This document shows positions 50,241 through 60,279 of a stretch of 64,000 nucleotides of DNA, piece by piece; within the stretch, counting starts at the first letter, position 1; every line of letters starts with the position of its first letter. The position numbers and the translations under genes were made by a program. The notes beneath the pieces are model-generated. The model was not told where the DNA came from and made no database searches. It saw nothing but the letters and a program-made list of their open reading frames with translations. The stretch comes from an uncultured Gammaproteobacteria bacterium (GTDB lineage Bacteria; Patescibacteriota; Microgenomatia; UBA10105; UBA927): assembly GCA_964629685.1 (NCBI GenBank), contig CAZVTT010000004.1, forward strand, positions 76 through 64,075. The letters run 5' to 3'.

Positions 50241-52196
50241 ATGGAATACCTGGATGCATTTACGCTTATTCAGATCGAATTCTGGACCTATTTGGCCTAC
50301 TTTTTTATAGCAGTACTCATCGCCTGGACTATTCCCGGGATTCTCATTCTACAAAAATTAAACACCTCTATCTGGAAAAAACTTATCGTAGCTACCTGTG
50401 TTGGCATAGTAATGTGGGGCTGGCAGGCATGGATACTTGGTCTGCTACACATACGCTGGGCGAGTTTTATATATCTGGGAGTAATGCTCATTGGTTTTTC
50501 CCGTTACTCCAGGAAAATACCGCGGTTCCACAAACCATCCCCTATAATTTTTAACCTGGCGGCCATCATTATCATGCTAGTGGGTGTCGCGGCACAACAA
50601 CTCCCTCTGTGGCACCAGGGTATCCGCTCGGATTCAGGAATCGGCTTTTGTTGTGAAGAACCAATAGACGGTCTCTGGAATATAGCGGTTACCGATCAGC
50701 TGGTACGAGCTATACCACCGGAAACTCCGGGTTATTCAGGAACACCGTTTATCAATTATCACTTCTGGTCCTATCTGATTACTGCAGACCTGATCCGTGT
50801 TTTCCATCTGCCGCTATTACCCACACAACTGCAATTCATGCCGCTTTTTATATCAGTTATGTATGGCCTGGTACTTCTGTCTGTGGGATCACTTTGGTTA
50901 AAAACAAAAACGGCATTTCAGTGGTTACTCTTCTGGACGTACTTTGCTGCGGATTTTTTCCCGATCGCCCGGATGCACGTTACAGGCTCCGTTGATTTTA
51001 ACCTGACGCCACTTTTGAGCAGTTGGATGTTTTCCATGAATTTTCCTATGAGCATATCCATTGTGCTTTTGCTCGCAGCAATTTTCATTATTGCCGCGTG
51101 GGAGAAACAACGAAGCCGATCACTATTGCTGCTGGCTGCGTTCATGTGCGGGACTGTGATCGGGTACAAAGTGCATACCGGAATATTCGTACTACTTGGC
51201 CTGTTGGCACTTGCCGTTCTTCAACAGAAAAAACAATTCACGGGTTTATTCTTCGCCAGCGTCGTCATTGCCGCCGTATTATATCTACCTCAGAATCACG
51301 GCTCCGGAGGGTTATACATAAGCTGGTTTTCGCGTATTGCGGAATTTGCGTCACTTCCCGAACTTGGATATTCCGATTCCGTTATGAAAACCATAAACTT
51401 CCCCGCAAAACAATTACTCCAAATGCCGTTCAGGCATACGGTTTACTACGTGTTTAGCGGTATGTTCTTAACGGGTTTGTATCTCATGACATACTTTGGT
51501 TTTTATTCCGGCGTGCTGTTATTGCGCAAAAAAGATTTTTTGGAGATTCCTAAAATCGTAAAAACCATGATTATTCCGGCAATACTAGTATCACTGATAT
51601 TGGGTGTATTTACGCAACAAGCATCCGGCGGGGGACACACGTACAATTTTATTGCCATCGTGTATTGGATCATGCCGCTTATGATTATTCAATTATTTCT
51701 TCCGGAAGGACTTTACCACCGTTCCGCATATTGGCGGGTAATCATGCTTATCTTCGTTACGGTTAACTGTGTACGACTGGTACCTCAGATGGGTGCGTAT
51801 TTACGGGACTATGACACCCGGCGATGGTTTATCATTTCGCATGATGAATTAACTGCATTAACATGGGCAAGGGAACATCTGTCTACCAATACCCTACTTT
51901 TCGTGGATACTGAAAACAGACAGGATGCTATAGCACCCTACGTCAGTATTTTTAGTCAAAAACCTGCGTACTATTCCGGCAGGATTTCTAACTTAGCACA
52001 CAACGTACATGATGCAGAAAAGTGGGAGTTAATCCAACGAGTGTATTCAGATGTTCCATGTGAGCAAAAAAAACAATCGTTAGGAAAATATCCGAATGCG
52101 GTGTTGTATATTCGGAAACAAAACGGATCGGATCTCAGCCGTTTTAGTTGCATGACACCCAGATTCGCAAACAGTGCAGTAATGCTGTTGCAGTAA
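50241..52196 (+). CDS. Large polytopic membrane protein (GT-C-like glycosyltransferase candidate)
   Basis: 651 aa, >12 TM helices, periplasmic C-terminal region; no motif I can name confidently. Confidence 0.45.
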   Translation: MEYLDAFTLIQIEFWTYLAYFFIAVLIAWTIPGILILQKLNTSIWKKLIVATCVGIVMWGWQAWILGLLHIRWASFIYLGVMLIGFSRYSRKIPRFHKPSPIIFNLAAIIIMLVGVAAQQLPLWHQGIRSDSGIGFCCEEPIDGLWNIAVTDQLVRAIPPETPGYSGTPFINYHFWSYLITADLIRVFHLPLLPTQLQFMPLFISVMYGLVLLSVGSLWLKTKTAFQWLLFWTYFAADFFPIARMHVTGSVDFNLTPLLSSWMFSMNFPMSISIVLLLAAIFIIAAWEKQRSRSLLLLAAFMCGTVIGYKVHTGIFVLLGLLALAVLQQKKQFTGLFFASVVIAAVLYLPQNHGSGGLYISWFSRIAEFASLPELGYSDSVMKTINFPAKQLLQMPFRHTVYYVFSGMFLTGLYLMTYFGFYSGVLLLRKKDFLEIPKIVKTMIIPAILVSLILGVFTQQASGGGHTYNFIAIVYWIMPLMIIQLFLPEGLYHRSAYWRVIMLIFVTVNCVRLVPQMGAYLRDYDTRRWFIISHDELTALTWAREHLSTNTLLFVDTENRQDAIAPYVSIFSQKPAYYSGRISNLAHNVHDAEKWELIQRVYSDVPCEQKKQSLGKYPNAVLYIRKQNGSDLSRFSCMTPRFANSAVMLLQ

Positions 52197-52309
52197 TGGT
52201 ATAGCCTAGTCAATTCTGGAACTTTCGTATTTTTCAGCGGTCCCGCCATGGCTTCGCAATTGTATGCTCCCTCAATGTTCACCCAATCCTAAAAGACTAT
52301 ACTAATGGT

Positions 52310-52711
52310 ATGAAAATACTGTTTTGGCTGCCACGGATTATCAGTATTTGTTTCGTGTTATTTCTATCCTTATTTTCACTTGATGTATTTACGGAATATA
52401 CCGGAATACAAGCGATACTAGCGTTTATCATGCACCTTCGTTATCCTTTTCTTCTACTTCTGCTGTCCCTAATTGCCTGGAAGTATGACCTATTCGGAGC
52501 AGTTATATTTTTAGGATTTGCCGTGTTTTATATTCTTACGGTGGGTCTGAACCGGCCATGGAGTTGGTATGTCAGCATTTCCGGACCCTCGGTATTTGTC
52601 GCGATGTTGTACGCAGTAAGTTGGCGAAATAAAAAGAAGTTAAATCAAACAAGAAGAGGCACGGGTAGGAAAAAAGTAAGTAATGCCGATATCAATTCAT
52701 GCAACCCGTGA
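52310..52711 (+). CDS. Small membrane protein
   Basis: 133 aa, 3-4 TM; TGA stop overlaps tRNA-Gly end. Confidence 0.4.
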   Translation: MKILFWLPRIISICFVLFLSLFSLDVFTEYTGIQAILAFIMHLRYPFLLLLLSLIAWKYDLFGAVIFLGFAVFYILTVGLNRPWSWYVSISGPSVFVAMLYAVSWRNKKKLNQTRRGTGRKKVSNADINSCNP

Positions 52712-52782
52712 GCGGGCGATGGGACTTGAACCCACGACCTTCTCCTTGGCAAGGAGACATTCTACCGCTGAACTACGCCCGC
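52711..52782 (-). tRNA. tRNA-Gly (anticodon GCC)
   Basis: GCGGGCG acceptor, anticodon arm TCTCC-TTGCCAA-GGAGA, T-arm GTGGG-TTCAAGT-CCCAT, discriminator U. Confidence 0.85.
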
Positions 52783-52936
52783 TTAATTGTTAAATAACCG
52801 CCTGTCCATTACAACCCAAAACGGTTAACTCAGCGTTTATTTTAGCACACAATCGGTTTCTGTACAGCCAGAGCTTATGTATAGCCCGTCCATACGGGTT
52901 GAATATTTCTATAGGATATGTTAAACTACCAACCTT

Positions 52937-54418
52937 ATGACGCTAAAACAGAATAATCTAAACTCGTTCCTCCAGACCATCAAAAAAATAGTAGATACCG
53001 TAAAACGATTTTTCAAAACTGTCGCTAAAAAACTCATTCAGCTCATTGACCGGGCACCTTTAGTAACCTTTTTCGGATTCCTGGTAATTCTACTGGTACT
53101 TATCCTGGTTGGTAATTTTTTGCGTAAACCGAAAAACACCGAAACAGCCTCAGAAACGGCACCTAAGCATGTAGAAATTTCCAGTATCGGCGAAAATCCC
53201 CGGGTACAGGTCAGCGCAAAAGTAGAAAAAACCGGTGTAATTAAACTCGTGGCCCAGTCTAATGGCATTGTGCAGGCCATTCATAGAACTGAAGGATCCC
53301 GTGTAGGAAGAGGTCAATGGATTATTTCTTTATCAAATACGTATCAGGGCGGAACAATTGCCTCCGTAAGCAGACAGGTGGCACAAAAAAATAACGAATT
53401 TACCGAATTAAATTACCCTGTGCAATTGGAAATGATAAAAAAACGTCGGGAGATTGCTAACCTCAGTGACGGCCAGGCAGATAAGCTGCGTGACATAGCC
53501 AACCAATCCATCGACGAAACCAAAAGTCTTATTAGCCTGAATGAAGAGATACTTACTTCGCTGAATGCCCAGATAGAATTCCTGGAGACATCCGGAGCAG
53601 ACGAGTCGGATATTATGACTGCAAAACAAGGAAAAGCAGGATTACTTACCGGTTTAAACGCACTGAAAACCGCTTTACGGAATACCGAATACCAGGCAGA
53701 CGAAGATCATGAACCGGGACAACTCGCCAATAAAAGTCGCGAGCTAACGCAACAACAACTCGATATCGAGGAACGTTCACTGAATCTGAATGTAGAAATA
53801 AGTAAACTGAATTTACGATTAGCTCAAATTAACGAATCGTTTATGTACCCGGCCAGTCCGGTAAACGGGGTAGTTGAACGGATTTACGTTAAAATTGGAG
53901 ATTCGGTAAATCCGGGAACCGTTCTGGCTACCATCAGCTCAGACAAAACATCGGTAACGGCAGTAGCGGCAATTTCTGCGGAACTTGCGGAAAACATTTC
54001 TACCGTAGAAAAAAGTAAAATTACTATTGGTACCATTCATTTTGAGCTGGCGCCGCGCTATGTATCTTCGGAACCAACCGAAGGGAATATGCACGCGGTA
54101 TTGTTTACCATTCCCGATGAATACGTAGATCAACTGAGTAATAGTTCTTATATTACGGTTGAAATTCCGGTCAGCAAACCCAAAAGTGCCGCAGCCGTAC
54201 CATTCGTACCGTTGGATGCTATCTTTCAGACACAAACAGACGCGTATGTATTTGTTGCGTCTCCTTCAGCCAGCGGCGCATTAATCGCTCAAAGCCGAAC
54301 AGTCGATTTGGGTGACGTAATCGGATCATACGTCAGAATTGAAAACGGTTTACAGGCAGGGGATCAGGTCATTATCAACCGCAATATCATTGCTGGTGAT
54401 CCGGTCACCATTCAATAA
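52937..54418 (+). CDS. Efflux periplasmic adaptor (HlyD/membrane-fusion family)
   Basis: N-terminal TM, long coiled-coil, beta-barrel/lipoyl-like ends; precedes RND pump. Confidence 0.6.
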   Translation: MTLKQNNLNSFLQTIKKIVDTVKRFFKTVAKKLIQLIDRAPLVTFFGFLVILLVLILVGNFLRKPKNTETASETAPKHVEISSIGENPRVQVSAKVEKTGVIKLVAQSNGIVQAIHRTEGSRVGRGQWIISLSNTYQGGTIASVSRQVAQKNNEFTELNYPVQLEMIKKRREIANLSDGQADKLRDIANQSIDETKSLISLNEEILTSLNAQIEFLETSGADESDIMTAKQGKAGLLTGLNALKTALRNTEYQADEDHEPGQLANKSRELTQQQLDIEERSLNLNVEISKLNLRLAQINESFMYPASPVNGVVERIYVKIGDSVNPGTVLATISSDKTSVTAVAAISAELAENISTVEKSKITIGTIHFELAPRYVSSEPTEGNMHAVLFTIPDEYVDQLSNSSYITVEIPVSKPKSAAAVPFVPLDAIFQTQTDAYVFVASPSASGALIAQSRTVDLGDVIGSYVRIENGLQAGDQVIINRNIIAGDPVTIQ

Positions 54419-54435
54419 TCAGCCACGGTATTTCC

Positions 54436-57400
54436 ATGGACAAAACCCACGAACACAAATCATATCTCGATCGGATTACATTTGATCCTAAACTTGGTGC
54501 CGGCGTTATAGCCAAATTCGTCACCAATATCCGGATCGTGTTACTTTTGGTTATTTCTATTGCCTTTTTGGGAATATTCAGCTATCTGAACTTACCGCAA
54601 CGGTTAAATCCGGAAATAAAAATTCCCATTGTTATCGTATCCACCGTACTTCCGGGCGCAGGACCAGACGATGTAGAAAAACTGGTAACCATTCCTATAG
54701 AGGAAAAACTCCGTGGTTTGTCGGGGTTGGATACCATTTCATCCGTATCACAGGAAAACTTTTCGGTTATTACCATGCAGTTCTTTAACTCGGTAGGGCA
54801 AGACCCTGCGAAAGCCTTGGTAAAGGATGCTGTAGACAGTGTGTCTGGTCTACCTGAAGACGCAAACGACCCGCAAGTTGCTGCCTTGGATTTTGAAAAC
54901 CAACCCATCTGGCAGTTTGCCATTACATCACCTTCGGACCCGGTTTCGCTGTTTACGTTCAGCAAAAAATTACAGGATGACATAAAAAATATTCCCAATG
55001 TTGACCGGGTAACCATCCGCGGTCTGGAAGAACAGGAAGTTGCCATAGATATTTCTCCTGAAAAAGTTGCAGAATCCGGCTTAAATCCGATTCAGCTTTC
55101 CGGTGTGCTAAAAACTGCACTGGGAGCATACCCGTCCGGATCGATAGATACGTCGAGAAATACGTTCGCTCTCACAATAGACCCTTCTATTAACTCAATA
55201 GAAGGCATACGCAAGACCAAAATCAGTATTGGTGCAGTAGATGTGCAACTGGGAGATATAGCCACAGTCTATGAGCGGTCAAAGGGAAACCAAACCGTAT
55301 CGTATTTGGCTTCTCCTCAAGACCCGCCGAGAGTAGCGGTAACGTTTGCCGTATATAAACGTTCAAATGCGGACATTATTAAAACCGCTGAACAGGTACG
55401 TAAAATTGTAGATGCGGAAATAGAAAAAACAGATAACCGGTTTGTTCTTACGGATATAAGTAACACCGGTGAACTGATTAAAACGCAGTTTTCGGACTTA
55501 TTGGGGGAATTCCGTTCAACAATACTATTAGTATTTGCCACGCTCTTTTTATTCCTGGGCCTGCGCCAAGCCATTATTTCGTCCATTACGGTTCCGCTTA
55601 CCTTCTTATCCGCCTTCGTATTCATGTCGGTTTTCGGCATGTCCATTAACTTCCTGTCGCTGTTTGCCTTTTTGCTCGCGTTGGGTTTACTCGTAGACGA
55701 CACCATTGTAGTCGTATCGGCTATGACAACGTATTACAAAACAGGCAAGTTTACTCCGGCGGAAACGGGCTTGCTGGTATGGCGGGATACCATTGTGCCG
55801 ATCTGGTCTACAACCATTACTACTATCTGGTCGTTTGTCCCGTTACTCCTTTCCAGCGGAATTATCGGCGAATTCATTAAACCCATTCCGGTAGTGGTAA
55901 CCGTAACCATGATCTCTTCGACTGCTATTGCCGTTTTAATAACACTGCCGGTTATGATTGTATTATTAAAGCCAAAAATTCCCGGACGGGTTATATTCCT
56001 CGGTAAACTTATCGGTGTATTGGCACTCATTGGAGTAATTATTGCCATTGCCGGCAGCAATATATTGTTCCTCCCTATTACGATTGCATATCTCGTTTTT
56101 GTAGCAATTGCCTGGCGTGTCCGTCGGATTATTGCCGCACAAATCAAACAAACCACGGCCAGAATTCCCGGCGTACACAAAACCTGGAATCTGCTTGGGA
56201 AATATGCCAGTCATGGCGTCATTTCCGTCGATGGTTTTGCACAGGCATATGAACGGTTCATTACCAGAATTCTGAAAAGTAAATCAGCACGCAGAAACGT
56301 CGTAATCGCTATCGTGGCATATGCTGTATTTGCCTTTGCCTTATTGCCCATGGGGCTTATTCAGAATGAATTTTTCCCGAAGTCGGAAGCCGATCAGGTA
56401 TACATCAATTTGGAATTACCGTCCGGGACATTACTGGAACACACCAAGCAGGAAACAGAGACATTACTTGAACGGTTCCGCCAAAACAGCCATATCGATT
56501 ATGTGGTGGGTGAAGTAGGCAATTCAAATTCCGGTAATGGCTTTGGCGGAGGAAGTGAACAGACAAATATAGCGCTGTTTACGTTTCATTTACCGGAGAA
56601 AGAAAAACGCACGGCCGACTCCATAAAGATTGCAGAGGAACTCCGCAAACAGGTAGCCGATTACCCGAACGGAAAACTTTCCGTGCTGGAAGAGTCAGGC
56701 GGTCCACCCGCCGGTGCAGAATTGCAGTTAAAATTATCGGGAGACGATTTAGGTGAATTAAATCTATATGCCGACAAGGTTGCGGAATTTTTACGAACTC
56801 AACCAGGAGTGGTCAATATAGAAAAGTCAATTAAACCGGGGACGAGTGCGCTGGTATTTGTTCCGGACCAGGACCGCCTGCTGGAACATGGATTAGCTGC
56901 AAACTCCATAGGCCTTTGGCTCCGAACGGCAGTAAGCGGTTTTACACTCGGTGAAGTTAACTTCGAGGAACAAACCACAGACAAAAAGAATGTCGTGTTT
57001 TCGTTTGGTTTAACCAGACAAACACCGGAATCGCTGGGTCGTTTACAAATACCGACACAACAGGGGCCCGTTTCGCTGTCTTCTTTGGGAACATTTAAAA
57101 CTCAAGCCAGTCCAACACTTATAACCAGAGAACAGGGGAAACGGACAATTTCAGTAAGTGCCGGTGTATCACGGGGATATTCCGCCACCGAGTTAAATAC
57201 GAAATTACTGGATTTTTCAAAAACCGTAGAACTTCCGACGGGATACGAATGGAAAACAGGCGGAGTTAACGAAGAAAACGCCAAATCCGTTCAATCCATT
57301 CTTCAGGCTATGGTGGTGGCGTTTATTCTGATTCTGGTAACTATGGTAATCCAATTCCAATCATTCCGTCAGGCAGTAATTGTACTTTTGGTTATTCCCT

Positions 57401-57783
57401 TGGCTGTTTCCAGTGTGTTCCTGATATTTGCCCTTACGGGAACACCGTTATCATTTCCGGCATTAATCGGTGTGCTTTCACTATTCGGCATCGTGGTAAC
57501 CAATTCCATGTTTATCGTGGACAAAATAAACTTAAACCGAAAAGAGGGTATGCCGTTTATAAAAGCCATAGCAGACGCAGGCTCCAGCCGTATGGAACCG
57601 ATTATCCTGACTAAACTTTGTACCGTATTCGGGTTATTGCCGATTACCCTGGCCGATCCGCTGTGGCGGGGATTGGGCGGTGCCATAATTTCCGGATTAC
57701 TGATCGCCAGTACCATAATGTTGCTCTTTATTCCGGTAGTGTATTACGCATGGATGAAACCCGCTGAGAACTCCGACCTTTAA
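54436..57783 (+). CDS. RND-superfamily efflux transporter permease
   Basis: 12-TM two-repeat architecture, GLLVDDTIVVV motif, 1115 aa. Confidence 0.85.
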   Translation: MDKTHEHKSYLDRITFDPKLGAGVIAKFVTNIRIVLLLVISIAFLGIFSYLNLPQRLNPEIKIPIVIVSTVLPGAGPDDVEKLVTIPIEEKLRGLSGLDTISSVSQENFSVITMQFFNSVGQDPAKALVKDAVDSVSGLPEDANDPQVAALDFENQPIWQFAITSPSDPVSLFTFSKKLQDDIKNIPNVDRVTIRGLEEQEVAIDISPEKVAESGLNPIQLSGVLKTALGAYPSGSIDTSRNTFALTIDPSINSIEGIRKTKISIGAVDVQLGDIATVYERSKGNQTVSYLASPQDPPRVAVTFAVYKRSNADIIKTAEQVRKIVDAEIEKTDNRFVLTDISNTGELIKTQFSDLLGEFRSTILLVFATLFLFLGLRQAIISSITVPLTFLSAFVFMSVFGMSINFLSLFAFLLALGLLVDDTIVVVSAMTTYYKTGKFTPAETGLLVWRDTIVPIWSTTITTIWSFVPLLLSSGIIGEFIKPIPVVVTVTMISSTAIAVLITLPVMIVLLKPKIPGRVIFLGKLIGVLALIGVIIAIAGSNILFLPITIAYLVFVAIAWRVRRIIAAQIKQTTARIPGVHKTWNLLGKYASHGVISVDGFAQAYERFITRILKSKSARRNVVIAIVAYAVFAFALLPMGLIQNEFFPKSEADQVYINLELPSGTLLEHTKQETETLLERFRQNSHIDYVVGEVGNSNSGNGFGGGSEQTNIALFTFHLPEKEKRTADSIKIAEELRKQVADYPNGKLSVLEESGGPPAGAELQLKLSGDDLGELNLYADKVAEFLRTQPGVVNIEKSIKPGTSALVFVPDQDRLLEHGLAANSIGLWLRTAVSGFTLGEVNFEEQTTDKKNVVFSFGLTRQTPESLGRLQIPTQQGPVSLSSLGTFKTQASPTLITREQGKRTISVSAGVSRGYSATELNTKLLDFSKTVELPTGYEWKTGGVNEENAKSVQSILQAMVVAFILILVTMVIQFQSFRQAVIVLLVIPLAVSSVFLIFALTGTPLSFPALIGVLSLFGIVVTNSMFIVDKINLNRKEGMPFIKAIADAGSSRMEPIILTKLCTVFGLLPITLADPLWRGLGGAIISGLLIASTIMLLFIPVVYYAWMKPAENSDL

Positions 57784-57869
57784 ACTGTTAGCTGAATCAC
57801 AAATAGTTTGTACTATATAGGACTGTGACCGTAATCAGTTTCCGATTAACTACGTGCAAAGGAGAAATT

Positions 57870-58361
57870 ATGGAAACTAAACAACCGTTACTGGTTATTG
57901 TCGTAGTAGCACTTACCGCCGGACTCGCCGGGGGGATAATATCGAATTCTTTTATGGGGGCGAAAACGCCACCGCCAGAAAAAATGGTAGCAGAATCCGC
58001 TAAAATGCCCAGTGTCATATTTCACATCGCGACCGATCCGAAAACCAATCCGCATAGCGGATTTATGGCACTGACAGCAGCGGGTAAGTTTGCTGATGCC
58101 GGATCAAAAGTGTTTGTTTTCTTTGACGTAAAAGGTGTAGCGTATGGTACAAAAGACAGTGATTTTACGTTTGCCGATTTCGGTTCGTCAAAGAAACTTA
58201 TCGCGGATCTTCTGGCAAAAGGAGTTCGGGTTGAAGTATGTCAGCATTGCTTTCATGTAAATGAATTTAAGGATGCAGACTTAATGGAAGGATTACATTG
58301 GAAAGATTTGAGTAAAACCACCGAAGGATTAAACGATCCCATCCTAACATTTGATTACTAA
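57870..58361 (+). CDS. Membrane-anchored DsrE/DsrF-like (YchN-fold) protein
   Basis: N-terminal TM then ~110-aa domain with CQHC; start at METKQ (RBS AAAGGAG). Confidence 0.35.
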   Translation: METKQPLLVIVVVALTAGLAGGIISNSFMGAKTPPPEKMVAESAKMPSVIFHIATDPKTNPHSGFMALTAAGKFADAGSKVFVFFDVKGVAYGTKDSDFTFADFGSSKKLIADLLAKGVRVEVCQHCFHVNEFKDADLMEGLHWKDLSKTTEGLNDPILTFDY

Positions 58362-58382
58362 TTTTGTGTAAGTATAAAAAAA

Positions 58383-58404
58383 CCCGCGAAAGCGGGTTTT
58401 TTTT
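58383..58404. terminator. Bidirectional rho-independent terminator A8-CCCGC-GAAA-GCGGG-T8
   Basis: Perfect 5-bp GC stem, tetraloop, flanked by A8 and T8. Confidence 0.85.
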
Positions 58405-58405
58405 A

Positions 58406-58481
58406 TGGTGCCGAGCCTAGGAGTTGCACCCAGATAACATGTTTTTCAGACATGCGCCTTGACTACCTCGGCCAGCTCGGC
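58406..58481 (-). tRNA. Atypical tRNA-like gene, 76 nt, anticodon GAA (Phe-decoding if functional), CCA encoded; Ser-like D-arm, T-loop TGCAACT (G55)
   Basis: Perfect 7-bp acceptor GCCGAGC/GCTCGGC, U8, D-arm GCCGAGGTAGTCAAGGC, anticodon arm CATGT-CTGAAAA-ACATG, 4-nt variable, T-arm CTGGG-TGCAACT-CCTAG, A73-CCA. Confidence 0.5.
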
Positions 58482-58498
58482 TTCAAATGTACCTGAAG

Positions 58499-58527
58499 AT
58501 TATATCACGAGTTTAGCTCCAGTTTAA
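58499..58527 (-). promoter_or_regulatory. Promoter for tRNA-like gene: TTAAAC-17-TGaTATAAT, about 17 nt upstream of the tRNA-like 5' end
   Basis: Read on minus strand; extended -10. Confidence 0.45.
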
Positions 58528-58592
58528 GATGCAGTCTTGGGTTACCTGTTACTAACCTTCTCTTGTATCCGTTTCAATGATACGATAATTAC

Positions 58593-60092
58593 ATGCCCAA
58601 ATCTGCGGCGAAATCATTCCGTTCATTGGTAACTTTTCGTTCAATTATACTTTCACTGTATGTGTTGGTAGTTATCGCGCTTGCATATTCCGTATTTCGC
58701 TCCGGTTACTTTTATACATTTGATAACGACGAATACCTGCACGCACATGTTGTGTATTTACTTGATCACGGGAAATATATGTTCCGGGATATATTTAGCG
58801 TATATACTCCCATTTATCATTGGTTTCTTTTACCGTTTTACAAATTCTACGGATACTCGTTAGAAACCATCCAATTCAGCAGATATGTGATGATCCTCTT
58901 GTTTGTACTTCGTCTGGCTGCCGGATTCCTGATAACACGAAAATTATTCGGTAAACGCACGGCGATGCTCTTTTTACCACTACATCTCCTTGATCCTTTT
59001 GCTGTGTTTACCAATATGCAACTCCGACCGGATAATCTGATGTTAACGGCATATTGCCTGGGACTTGCCAGTTTGGTTAAGGCGGTAGAAAAGAAAAATA
59101 AAAAGTGGTGGGTTCTCGCAGCCGTAGGATTGAGTTTGTCGGTATTAACGAATATAAAAATAGTTCCCGTTGCCGGAATTACCGCATTTATGTCGCTCGT
59201 TTACTTGTGGAGTCAAAAACAGAAACACATTTTGATATGGTTCATCGTTGGGGGTCTCGTACCGATTGCATTGTTCTGCTGCTATTTTCTTTCAATCGGT
59301 ACCTTCGGGGCAATGCTCCAACAGATAGTAGTAGACGCCAGACTTACAAACGATACACGCATGTTTCCGGTACCGCCGGGTTTCTTTTACCATCCCAACA
59401 ATATATTGGTATTTGGAGCCCCTGAAAGACCTTTAAACTGGATTTACGCGTGGGTTCTTCCCTTAGCCGCCTTTTCCGGAGCATACCAGCTGATTATGTC
59501 CTGGTTAAAAGACAAAAAATATACTGCCCAGTCGTTTCCGCAGCTAGTCTTAGTGGGCGGTCTGGTTGCTGCCTGGTCTTCGCTTTTAGCCGTTAAATCA
59601 CTGTTTATTCAATATTACATTCCCACTACCTGGTTTTTTGCTATCCTGGCAGCCGTTTCCATAAACGGTATGGTAAAACTTATGCCCAACTCCAAAACAA
59701 CAACCACCATACTTACACTGGGTCTCATGCTTTTCGCGCAACAATCATATACGGCAAATCAGGTACGTGCCACATCCAGGGGAGATGATTTTAAAAACAT
59801 GATCATACGAAGATGGCAACAGATTCCCGTTAATCAGGCAGTATTTCCGGATTTTCTGTTCCGGCCATCCGTATATCCAATCAGCTTCGGATACGGAATA
59901 GGGGAAATACCGACACCTATTCTGAACCGTTTTACGGCGATATCCAAAACAATAGACGAGAATAAACTACCTTTCGTACTGATAGACAGTTATCAGCTGA
60001 ATTTGCTGCCGCCGGAATATAGGGGGTATATAGAAAAGAACTTCCGCAGCATTTCTCCGGCAGATCCGGATTATAGAATCCGGAATAAATAA
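58593..60092 (+). CDS. Polytopic membrane protein, GT-C (ArnT/PMT-like) glycosyltransferase candidate
   Basis: 499 aa, ~11 TM, short periplasmic loops with acidic motif near first loop; weak. Confidence 0.4.
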   Translation: MPKSAAKSFRSLVTFRSIILSLYVLVVIALAYSVFRSGYFYTFDNDEYLHAHVVYLLDHGKYMFRDIFSVYTPIYHWFLLPFYKFYGYSLETIQFSRYVMILLFVLRLAAGFLITRKLFGKRTAMLFLPLHLLDPFAVFTNMQLRPDNLMLTAYCLGLASLVKAVEKKNKKWWVLAAVGLSLSVLTNIKIVPVAGITAFMSLVYLWSQKQKHILIWFIVGGLVPIALFCCYFLSIGTFGAMLQQIVVDARLTNDTRMFPVPPGFFYHPNNILVFGAPERPLNWIYAWVLPLAAFSGAYQLIMSWLKDKKYTAQSFPQLVLVGGLVAAWSSLLAVKSLFIQYYIPTTWFFAILAAVSINGMVKLMPNSKTTTTILTLGLMLFAQQSYTANQVRATSRGDDFKNMIIRRWQQIPVNQAVFPDFLFRPSVYPISFGYGIGEIPTPILNRFTAISKTIDENKLPFVLIDSYQLNLLPPEYRGYIEKNFRSISPADPDYRIRNK

Positions 60093-60119
60093 CAAGAAGT
60101 ATAGATAAAATCAAAATAC

Positions 60120-60196
60120 TGGTGGACGCTAAGAGATTCGAACTCCTGACCCCTACTGTGTAAAAGTAGTGCTCTAACCAACTGAGCTAAGCGTCC
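60120..60196 (-). tRNA. tRNA-Val (anticodon TAC), CCA encoded
   Basis: GGACGCT acceptor, D-arm GCTCAGTTGGTTAGAGC, anticodon arm CTACT-TTTACAC-AGTAG, T-arm AGGAG-TTCGAAT-CTCTT. Confidence 0.9.
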
Positions 60197-60244
60197 GTTC
60201 TGGGAACAACCTATCGGTTTTTCCCAACCTTTTCCCTCTATAGT

Positions 60245-60279
60245 GTCACGAACGATTCTCCGTAAACTCCGTTCGTGAC
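60245..60279. repeat. 10-bp perfect inverted repeat GTCACGAACG-N15-CGTTCGTGAC followed by T-rich tract
   Basis: Seen directly; terminator-like on + strand or protein-binding palindrome. Confidence 0.5.

Noticed and set aside
52310-52711. Alternative genetic code (UGA recoding as in some CPR lineages)
   Set aside because: Long genes are intact under the standard code. TGA, TAA and TAG all terminate ORFs at positions matching family lengths, so there is no need to invoke recoding.
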